64,000 nucleotides of DNA from Epithemia pelagica (Eukaryota > Protista > Bacillariophyta), in the NCBI GenBank assembly GCA_946965045.2, contig OX337240.1:1922001-1986000 (forward strand), read 5' to 3'. The notes beneath the pieces are model-generated. The model worked only from the letters and a program-made list of their open reading frames with translations. It was not told where the DNA came from and made no database searches. Positions 34,907 through 44,800 of this stretch are shown one piece after another. Every line of letters starts with the position of its first letter. Position 1 is the first letter of the stretch. The position numbers were made by a program, and so were the translations under genes.

Positions 34907-35744
34907 GCAATGAATGATGGCGCATCTTGTCTCATCAGACAGTTGATTGATTGCAGCATATTAGTACAAAAGCAAATAGCTTTTTCCGGTAATCGCATTA
35001 CTCTTACCATAAGGCTGATGCAGTGTCTCAATTCAAACTCTTTGTCCTCATTGACCTCGTCGAGGTCGCAGTTCATGCAATCATCCATTTTGTGATGGAA
35101 GCGCAGACCACGTGCTTATTAAGTGGCGAGTGCTCCATGAGTGTTGTCGGTGTATTGACATCATTTGTCCCGACACTCTAGGTACGAATTTTAGGATCCT
35201 CCATCACGGATACCGTGCTCATGGAACAGGAGATCCTGCGTTTAAAGCGACATAAGCTTCGATTGGCTTCAGCTTAGCACAGGATTCTCGCGGAATGCGC
35301 GTTCTTGATATTCTACTCCTAGTAAAATGCCTCGTGCGCATTTCTTCTTTTGATAAGTCACAGTGGGAAATGGTTTTGTCAAATGTTACAGATCATATTC
35401 TTCCCGGCGATCGATCGATCATCAGAGGGAAATGCGAACAAACCACCATGTCCTTGACTTTTGCGGATTACGACGCCAACATTCCCGAAGAAGCAAAGTA
35501 ATTTCTGGGGTTTGTCAAATAGAGGAGTAAAATACGCGCATAGTTACGGGTTGCGGGGCTATGTGTGGTTTGCTAACTGGGGGCCAGCTCGGGGTCGCCG
35601 TTGATGCGTCATTGTTGAACTTCGATGTATCCAAAAAAGGCGGACTGTCCATTTTCCCAAGAAAATCAATAAGAAGCAAGGAACGAGAGAGGCATCGTAT
35701 CTCTCCAATCTCGTTTCTACGCGAAGAGCCAATAATCTGACAAC

Positions 35745-36425
35745 ATGATGCGCAGCCTTCAATTTGCGACGACGCTCCTTTTCGTCTTTCACCTACTCAT
35801 CCCCTCGGCAGTTTTGAGCCTCCATGTTCCAATTCAAACCTCCAATTCCGATACGCCAATGCTGGTCGTCAACAGAAGAGAAGGACTGTTGAAAGCTGGC
35901 CAGATGATGGCTGCCATGATAGGAGGGAGTTCAATGGGTACCTTGGTGCAACCGGCCTTTGCGTCACAAGGAGCAGAAGCCAAGATCGAAATGCCCAATG
36001 TGCTTCAAGGTTTTCAAGATCGTGCCACAAAGCAGTGTTTGGTCGAATCGTTGGGAAACAGAGAATGTCTAGTTTATGCAGGGGACGATCAAAGCCGTTT
36101 GTACCAGGGTCTTAACAATCAAGTATTGCTGGATCGTATCGAAAGTGCGTCGCGCGCTTTGGCCAACGTGCCACCCCTCATTGAAGGCAAGAAATGGAGC
36201 CAAGCCACGGGAATCTTGACGGGTCCCATGGGAGAACTGCTTCGGACCATGATACAATTGGTGGAGATATCGGAAAATAAGGCGACCGCCAAAGCGCAAG
36301 TCCAAAAATTCAAAACCGACTTATATGCCCTCTCGGCTGCCATTGACCGTCGTCAAGGGTCTGTGGCGTTGCAATACCATCAAGCTGCGACGGACGATCT
36401 TGTCGCTTTTGTCAAGGCTTTATAG
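35745..36425 (+). CDS. Plastid thylakoid-lumen protein with a PsbQ-like helical C-terminus, 226 aa
   Basis: Signal peptide (ATTLLFVFHLLIPSAVLS), then twin-arginine NRREGLL...QPAFA lumen transit. C-terminal KKWSQATGILTGPMGEL...FKTDLYALSAAID pattern. Confidence 0.65.
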   Translation: MMRSLQFATTLLFVFHLLIPSAVLSLHVPIQTSNSDTPMLVVNRREGLLKAGQMMAAMIGGSSMGTLVQPAFASQGAEAKIEMPNVLQGFQDRATKQCLVESLGNRECLVYAGDDQSRLYQGLNNQVLLDRIESASRALANVPPLIEGKKWSQATGILTGPMGELLRTMIQLVEISENKATAKAQVQKFKTDLYALSAAIDRRQGSVALQYHQAATDDLVAFVKAL

Positions 36426-37403
36426 AGCAGTTCTGATCAACAGTTTTGGTTCACAGATACGCTGGCGTCGTCATTGTGCTGCATCCTTGAATGTCAAGAC
36501 AGAAGCATAAAGTTGGTAAAGAGCTGCCCTAAAAGCAAACAACGAGGTTTACCGTTGTCCGTGCTCTTGAAGTTTCCAGTCTTGCATGATTATCTGAAAT
36601 GTAGGTCATTCGCCTTCCTTCCATTACTAGCGATCCTTGACTAGGCGAGCATTAACGCGAAAGAAAGTTTGACGCCAGCCTTTGGAAGCAATTTACTCTA
36701 CCTTGCATTGTGTCATCAGCTGCTAGACTCCAGATGAATGTTTGTTCACTGTAGTACGATGGCATTGATTTTTTCAAAGGCTGAAAGAGAACAGTAGCTA
36801 TGGTCTCTCTATATCATCCTGACCGAGGGAAGGTACTGGAACGATCATTGTTGAAGCTACTTTGTCGAGTCATGTATTTCCATTATTAAAGTCCGCGACA
36901 GTCTCATCCATCAGTCCAAGGCTTCCAAAGCAGATCCTTGTTGGGTTTGAGTTCGTCTCCGTGATGATACACATTCATGTAGCGAGGTGGATGATGAGGC
37001 ACAGGGAGCGTCGGTTCCCACCAGAAGAAGAGAGATGAGTTTGTCGGGATCCCGGCATGGCACTTCTCAGTCTGGGTCATTGTCCACTCGAAGGAAACGC
37101 TCATGATTCTCAAGATTCCTAGCGCCATGGAGCACAAGAGTTCTTTGAGATGGTGGATTATGTGGCCAGGACCAAAATTTGTGGACGTCGCTTGGCGTGA
37201 GAGATGCCTTCCATTCTCGACATACATCCAGACGATTTCCTAAGTAGACTTAAGATACACGTGCTCTCCTTGGGATGGCTTGCTCTCATTTAAAGTCGAG
37301 ATCGTCGTGTCCGTTGAATCGTTTGTAGGGCGTGGTTTCTCCTTAGGGTTCGGGTTTCAAAGCGGTCTTTGCTTTTCGTTTTTCAGTGAGACTGGAAAAA
37401 AGA

Positions 37404-38930
37404 ATGGCCATGATGAGGATGATGGTGTCGCTCCGTTCCGCATGGCAATTCTTCCACCGTCAACGTCGGGCCTTTGTTCTTGTTGTGGTGGGCCTTTTCT
37501 GCTTGCTCCTGGATCTTTCGTCCCTATACAAAGCCTCGACTGAGGTTGCCTCTTCGTTCCATGACGAATTGTCCTTTGAACAAATGTTCTTGTCCTTGGA
37601 TGATTCGGCATTCTTGCCCCTGGATGATTCGGCACTGCAATCCTCCAGAACTACGAGAAAAGATAATGTGGAGAAGGCCCCAAAGGTGGACGAGAAGACG
37701 GATCCAATCGTATCCCCCAATGACGAGGCAAACGATCGAAACCGTATGCTTCTTGGTCCAAGTGATACAATCGTGCCAACCACCATTCGCAGAACCCACC
37801 AACTTTTGGAAGACTACCGTCGAGCTCAGGCGTTGAATGCGACCACCAAAAATTCCACCACCATCATACCGCTTCCTCTTGTTCCTCGGTTTCCGAACAA
37901 TCGGCTGGTGGTGATTGTGCTTTCCCAACGGTCGCATCACGAGTTTCGAAGGGTCCTGCGAGAGACGTGGGCCCACAATCAGTCCGTGTATTTTGTCGTG
38001 GGAGGTACAACACCTCACGAACCTGCAGCCGTGCAAGCGCAACTGGAACAAGAATCTGTACAATACGGAGATATTTTGGATTCCATTCTTCCGGAATCCA
38101 ACAAGCGTCATCCCTATATGCTTCACTTTGCCTATCAATGGGTCGTGGCAAACCTACCCAAGGTGCAATGGATTCTCCAGGCCAATGACCATACCGTGGT
38201 TCGTATGGAGTCGTTGCAACGGTCGTTGTTGAATTTGTACAATCCCAACCAGCACATTGTCATTGGAAACGTGCGGGAAGCATGGCCCAATAAAACCAGC
38301 AGCCCCCAAGCAAATGCCTCCCAATACAACGTTCCGAGTTGGACCTTGGCGGGTACGTGTGGTCCACTCGTGTCTCGTCCTGTCGCCACCTACATTGCCA
38401 TTCAACAAAATTGGACCTACGACAGTACCCATGACACGTCTGTCCTACCAACTTGGTTGGACCAATATCCCTTGCCAGTGTGGTGGATTGACAGTCCCTT
38501 TTTGGTTCCGACTGGAAGGTGTCGGGTAGACGACTTTTTGGTCCTGGGACACCAAGACGATCCGCACGAAATTCGCCAGTGTTATCAACAACGACAAGAA
38601 ATGGACAATTGGGATGAATGGCATGTCAAGGCCAAACGGACGCAATACTTGTTCTTTCAATCCTTTAAACATCGTCGGGACGAAGCCTTGGAAGCCGCTC
38701 AGGCCAAGCGACGGGAAGAAGCCAAAAAGAAGAAAGAGGTCGCCGCGAGACAAGGGCAGAATGAAAAGTTGGTGCTCCAAGAAAGGATTGCCAGATCCAG
38801 GCAATGGTTGGAACAGAGAAACCAATACTTGCAAAACATGGAGCCGCCACCCCTATCCCCACTGCAATCCTACCGGATACAGAAAAGACGAGAGTATAAA
38901 TTTAGACGGGCTCGAAAAGTGGGTGCGTAG
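37404..38930 (+). CDS. Type II membrane GT31 (galactosyltransferase)-like protein with a degenerate DxD motif
   Basis: TM segment FVLVVVGLFCLLLDL; LVVIVLS...RRVLRETWA; ESVQYGDIL; WILQANDHTVVRMESL where GT31 has K.DDD.FV; charged C-terminal coil. Confidence 0.75.
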   Translation: MAMMRMMVSLRSAWQFFHRQRRAFVLVVVGLFCLLLDLSSLYKASTEVASSFHDELSFEQMFLSLDDSAFLPLDDSALQSSRTTRKDNVEKAPKVDEKTDPIVSPNDEANDRNRMLLGPSDTIVPTTIRRTHQLLEDYRRAQALNATTKNSTTIIPLPLVPRFPNNRLVVIVLSQRSHHEFRRVLRETWAHNQSVYFVVGGTTPHEPAAVQAQLEQESVQYGDILDSILPESNKRHPYMLHFAYQWVVANLPKVQWILQANDHTVVRMESLQRSLLNLYNPNQHIVIGNVREAWPNKTSSPQANASQYNVPSWTLAGTCGPLVSRPVATYIAIQQNWTYDSTHDTSVLPTWLDQYPLPVWWIDSPFLVPTGRCRVDDFLVLGHQDDPHEIRQCYQQRQEMDNWDEWHVKAKRTQYLFFQSFKHRRDEALEAAQAKRREEAKKKKEVAARQGQNEKLVLQERIARSRQWLEQRNQYLQNMEPPPLSPLQSYRIQKRREYKFRRARKVGA

Positions 38931-39280
38931 ACAATTTTCGATAGAGATGAATCATGAATCTTCTTGGTTCGACGATTGTTACAGTCTTTTAGTATAGAGA
39001 CAAGAAATATTCTATTTTTCGGACAAGGACCTCCAGGCGTTCAGGGACGGAGCCGTGACTGCAAACTGTAGCAGCGGGAGCGAAACCAAGCTCGCCACGA
39101 GTTTTCCTTGGGCCTTGTCTAGTAACTCGCTATCCGTAGGTAGACGATGGAACAAACGTGTCATGGGCTCCCACAGTTTCACGTACGCTGCCGCTATACT
39201 TCTATGCGACGACGAGCAACAGAAGAGAAGATTCGTTGACGGTCATATGATGATTCGTCCGGGAAAACTTTTATTTTCTC

Positions 39281-41056
39281 TCAGGAACCTTCCAAATCCA
39301 GTAGTTGCAGTTCTCGACGAATCAAGGCGACAAAGGCCATTTGATCCGACAGAGAATCCATGGCCACCCGTGGCATCCAATGCACTCGTACATGAGACAT
39401 GGCGGAAAACAAGTCCCAATCCAACAAGGCAGGTGTATGGGTAAAGACATTGCCATGTTTGCCGGCCTTGACACCGCCCCGTTCGTGATAAAACAAAATG
39501 ACCGTGGCACCGGGTGTCAAAAACATGCCCGTCACGGCACCACCCCCACAAATGGTGACAAAAATGGAGGTTTGACGAGCAATATCAATTTGCTCTGGCA
39601 AGGACAAGTGTTGAAAGACATGAGCTTCCACCTTGCTTCCCGGAACATGTCGTTGGACCAAGTCGATTTGTGTCGAAAAATCCACTATTCGAGCAGGAAT
39701 ATCGGACGAATTGACGGAAAAGACAATCCGATGAGGATCGTGTGGTTGTCGATTCTTCTTCAAGGGTGGCAAGTGCAAATTTTGGACGGCAAAATTTCGA
39801 AAGGCTCGCATCAATCCACCTCGTCCATGGTTGTGGGTGAACTCATAATCTTCCATGACCCATCCATGGGCCTTGTCAAAGCCATGATCGGTCAAGGCAC
39901 CTAGACCGGCGACACCGTGCCGGGCACACACGAGATCGGATTGCTGCGGAATGGTTGGGTGGTGATGAGGATGAAAGGTAAAGTCTTGGGTCGTGGACCA
40001 ATGGTAGGGAGCATGGACACCCACCAAAAGGGGAACAAATTTTTCAATCATGCGATGACAAAGCGCCGTCCGTTCCAGAGTCCAATCGCACGAGGCCCAC
40101 AATCCACGGGGATCGTCCTGTAACACGTAGCGTAGCAACAAGAGTTGGTAATCCGTGTCGTCATGGTCCATGTGCTTGGGTACCAAATCAAAGAGGTCCA
40201 ACAAGTTGTAAATGGCCAAAAAGTCATCCCAGACCAAATGTCCTGGATTGGCACCATTGAGGGAATGAAAGGGTGTCCAAACCGTATTGGGTGGCAATTC
40301 GTAATAGGACAATTGCGCCACATTTTGTGCCACATCGGGAAACCATTTCAATCGATCCACTCCGGCTGCTCCCCATTTCAAATTAATGCCTCCAATGGCG
40401 ACATTGCGGGTGGTTGTACTCTGGAAGGGAGGGTCATTTTCACTCCTTGTCTTGTTGTTTGTTTTCTCCGGTTTCTTTTGTGCCACATGCATGGTCGTAC
40501 TAATATGCATCAATGGGGCATGAGGGCCATCCTCCAAGAAGCGTCGAAGCAATTGTTCGGCCTTGGATTGAAACATGACAAAGCGTTGATTGGTCGTATT
40601 GAAGCACAAAAAGTCAAAATGACACGATCGACCCATCCATTCATCTTCGGGGTGCAAATAGGTATCACCCACACAATGAACATGAGATTCCGGATTGGGA
40701 ACATTGGTACGAAGTGTCAGAGGAGCTCCATTGAAGGAACCATCCTCCGAGGATGGAGCAACCGAGGATTTGGGTCGTTGATTCTTGGCACCACCGCCAT
40801 GTCCGGTGGGTGTCGGGTTGGAGAATGATTGGTCACTGTGTGGAAGTGGGATCCACCATATCATGACTTGCAACAAGAAAAAGAGGGTCCCACAAAGACC
40901 CAATCCAACCAAAAGCCATTGGACACGAGCGTAGACGGTTCGGTTTGTCGCGTGACGACGGCGATGAAACGAAGAACGAGGAGCGCTCGTCCAAGAAGAA
41001 GAAGAGTGGATTCCACCACCTACCATGGTAACTGTTTCTTCTCGTGGGGGCAACAA
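39281..41056 (-). CDS. GT61 (DUF563) glycosyltransferase, type II membrane, about 590 aa
   Basis: TM segment WLLVGLGLCGTLFFLLQVMIWW; NPGHLVWDD; LSLPEQIDIARQTSIFVTICGGGAVTGMFLTPGATVI. Confidence 0.85.
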   Translation of the reverse strand: MLPPREETVTMVGGGIHSSSSWTSAPRSSFHRRRHATNRTVYARVQWLLVGLGLCGTLFFLLQVMIWWIPLPHSDQSFSNPTPTGHGGGAKNQRPKSSVAPSSEDGSFNGAPLTLRTNVPNPESHVHCVGDTYLHPEDEWMGRSCHFDFLCFNTTNQRFVMFQSKAEQLLRRFLEDGPHAPLMHISTTMHVAQKKPEKTNNKTRSENDPPFQSTTTRNVAIGGINLKWGAAGVDRLKWFPDVAQNVAQLSYYELPPNTVWTPFHSLNGANPGHLVWDDFLAIYNLLDLFDLVPKHMDHDDTDYQLLLLRYVLQDDPRGLWASCDWTLERTALCHRMIEKFVPLLVGVHAPYHWSTTQDFTFHPHHHPTIPQQSDLVCARHGVAGLGALTDHGFDKAHGWVMEDYEFTHNHGRGGLMRAFRNFAVQNLHLPPLKKNRQPHDPHRIVFSVNSSDIPARIVDFSTQIDLVQRHVPGSKVEAHVFQHLSLPEQIDIARQTSIFVTICGGGAVTGMFLTPGATVILFYHERGGVKAGKHGNVFTHTPALLDWDLFSAMSHVRVHWMPRVAMDSLSDQMAFVALIRRELQLLDLEGS

Positions 41057-41866
41057 CGTCCTCCTCTTGCTGGATTACAACCGATACGATCCAGCGAAAC
41101 AACCACAAACGATTACGTAAGAAAGAGAGCGGGGATTGTCGGTGTGAGTGCAACAAGATTCAGGAATGTAGCTTGTCTCTTTTCCCCTGTACCATTATCA
41201 TGGAATCTTTCCGGCCATCCGGGGTAACATACCTGCTAGGAATGTTGCGATTCCAGTGCGTTACGTGAGAACGGATAGAGTTTCATTCGTTTGTGGTATC
41301 CTCATGGTCATGAAATGAGAACGCCTGGAAATTTTCATGGGAATTTGGTCCCGTCACCCCATGGTTTTGCGACTCAGCATCCCCCTTCCTATTCCAGAAT
41401 TCCAGATCTCCCCGTCTTTTACTACACTCCATCGCGATGAGAGATAGATATAGGTACTGGAAAATTTACTATTTCATTCGAATCTATTTCGCGATCTATA
41501 CACGACTACTTACAACCACTGGGGATTATTACTCTGTCAACTTTCCTGCATCCCCATGACAAATGCAGAAGAGACGTGTGAGGATATACAATCCCTGTTG
41601 TCTCTACTAGAACTCATCCCCATCCCTGGAAGTCCGACTTTCATCCATTCTCTAAAGAGATTATCTTGTTCCTTGCTAATTCTGGAGGTTTTGAAGCAGA
41701 AAAAGGAACGTCTCTGTCGAACGTTGAGTAGAAAAGGGGAGAGTGAAACCGACCCGAAAATTCTAGCCAACCACGAACGAGTTGTTCCTTCTAGCAGACG
41801 CACACAACACCAAACTTGCAGCAGGTTCCTACTTCCTACGCTAGTAGAGGTAAAATTGAACGAACC

Positions 41867-44800
41867 ATGGGTGGCAGTCAATCCACCGTGTCGGCAACCG
41901 AAGAATTTTTACCGGCCGATCCCTCGTCGTTTCTGGAACACCATGCCATTCTCAAGGAATGGAGCCTGGTCGAAGGAGGAGCCTTTGCGGGATCGGGACA
42001 ACGCATGTACAAGAGTTATCGTGTCCGACGAAATCCGGCTTCGACGACATCAACAACAACAACCGGAGCTGCAACCACGGCTGGACCGACCCATTCCTCT
42101 TCTTCGACCGCCGAAGTGGTGGCGGTTCTCAAGGTGGCCTTTTTGCCGCAACAAGCACCCTTGCGTCGCACCAATTCTCTGGCCTTGTCCTCCGCGGCAT
42201 CGCCCTATTCCAATGAACCAACAACCATGGTGTATCAACAACAATTGGAGGTTCAATTGCAAGCCATGGCCCGAGAACTGTTGCGGATTCAAGAGCTTAC
42301 ACACGAGTTGCCGCATGTTTGGCCCACTGTGGCCTGGTACGGGCCGCAGGAAGGACTGACCAATCATAGTGCGAACTCCAATTCGGCAAGCTTCCCTCCA
42401 ATTCCAGAAAGTAGTAATGGTGGAGAGTCTCTGACTGGAGGGACGAGTACAGGGAAGGCTTCGGCATCGACAATCCCAACAACGACAACCACAGCCACCA
42501 CAGCAAGCTCCTCGAGCTTGGCGACTGCCACTACCAGTACCAGCAGCTTGGCGGGCGGCTTTGTCATTCCAGCCATTTGGATGAGACCTCATGTGTACAC
42601 GACCTTGGGAGATCGACTGACCAATCGACCCTGGTTGGATGCCACGGAGAAATTGTTTTTGATTCATCAATTGTTATTGGCCGTTCAATCCCTTCACGAT
42701 GTGGGTTTGGTTCATGGATCCTTGACGACCCAAAACATTGGATACACCAGTCAAGGATGGTTGGTCTTGCTCGATATCATGCCCACCAATCAAAGTGGAA
42801 ATACTCTCAACGATCATCACAAAAATCCGTCCTTGCCCCTTTCCTTTCGACCAACGATCCTACCGGATGATGACCCTACCGAATACTTGTACTGTTTCTC
42901 CAACCAAACGTGTTATTTGGCACCCGAGCGGTTTGACCAGGTCCAAAAGAATACCCGAATCAACAGCAATACCAAGGATTCTTCATTGGATGCCAACAGT
43001 GCCAGCGCGAGTGTTCCCCCCTCGTCTCCCGTGTTGACTCCAGCCATGGATATTTTCTCCCTCGGATGTTGTCTGGTGGAATTGGTCTTGAATGGAGAAG
43101 CCTGTTTTGACTTGGGACAATTGTTGGAATATCGCAAAATGGCCAGTGCGGCTGCGCCATTGAATTCGGCAACCTCCCCGGCAGTGTCATCTTCCCATGC
43201 ACAGACATTGACTCCGGCGGCGGCCAGTGCATCCTCTCTGGCCTTGACGCAAAAATTGCAAAAAATGGAAAGCAGTGCCTTACGGGCGGCCTGTCGACAC
43301 ATGTTGAGTTTGGATCCCTCGGTCCGTTTGTCGGCTCGCGACTATTTGGAACGATTGCAAGAGCAAGGTTGTATGCCTCCGTCGCGCATTTTTGATACCC
43401 TCTACCAACTGTTACGACATCAACAATCCCTGGATAGCCCCGATGCTCGATTCTATCATCTCTACCAGGCCTATCCGGACGTGTTGTTTCTGACCATGGG
43501 CGTGCGAGTGGGCCGTTCCAATCCCACACCCAACCGCGTCCCTCGGTCCGCTCCAACGACCAACGAGGACCACCCAGCTTCTTCCAAACACAAGAATGAA
43601 AGCCTGTCCTCCACCGAGCCGCGCTCCTCGTCGCCCTCCGATCTCTGGACCGAGACGGAGGCCTTGTTACAGGAATTGCGTGAATTTAACCTCAACAGCA
43701 ATGACGATTTTATGACAAACTCGCTTCCAGAACAAAAAGCTGAATCCAGACCTCCTGTAGAACAGAACGACCAGCGCGACGGGGACAGTGGTGACGTGAA
43801 CGAACCAGTGGAAGATCGAACAGCCCTGGAAAAGTCGTGTATACTCATTTACGTGCAGCAAATTTTGAGTACTATACGCCATGTTCAACGCCCTGCCACC
43901 AAACTCATTGCGATGCAATTGATTCAGAATATGTTGCCCCATGTATCCGATGAAGCTCGATTGCAACGCATTGTCCCCGTGATGGTGGCCTTGTTGAAAG
44001 ATTCAGATGCCTTGGTACGGGCTCGAGCCTTGCATACTCTGACGCGCACCTTGGTAGTGTTGACCAGTTTCCCGCCGTCCGATGCACAAGTCATGCCTCA
44101 GTACATATTCAAGCGGGTGGCTCCACTCTTGACGGATCCCTGTCTTTCGGTGCGAGTCGCCTTGGCACAGTGCATGGGAGGATTAGCGGAAACGGCACAA
44201 CGATTTTTGGATATCAGCCAAGCAGTACGATTGGTTCAGGCTGTGGAAGGAAACAGCGGAGCTCAAACACCTAACCTGCCCGGCAACAACAGTGCCCATC
44301 AACATCGTAGTTTTGAAGAAAAAGGTATCTTTGAAGAAAAGGTCACGCAGCTCTTGGATGAGACTCCATCCTCGGGGGCATCTTCGGATGCCGAATCGTC
44401 CTCCCACACGAAACCAACGTCGGCCCATCCGCGCAAGCGGCAACCGGGTACTACGTCCGGGACCATTATGGTCCGAAGCAGCTACCAGACGGAACGTTCC
44501 GGCTTGGCGGAGACTCTCAGTCGCTGGGTCGTGCACATTTGTACAGATCAGTCGGAAAATGCTTCCATGGTCAAACGAGCACTTTTGAGCGATGCCTTGG
44601 AAGGGTTGTGTAATTTCTTTTCCTTGGACGGAGTGATGGCCTTTATGTTGCCTCAACTGTTGGCATTCTTGAATGATCGACAAGACTGGCAACTGCGAGC
44701 TGCGCTGTTTGCTGGACTCCCCGTTGTGTGCCAGATTATTGGGCGTGGTGCGACCGAGGAGTTTGTCCTCCCATGCATTGAAATTGGTCTCGTCGACAAC

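Noticed and set aside
36904-37227. 107-aa ORF with protein-like words (SLFFWWEP, YHHGDEL) suggesting a gene fragment
   Set aside because: Too short, with no splice partners or second motif to support a family; may be a relic but cannot be called.
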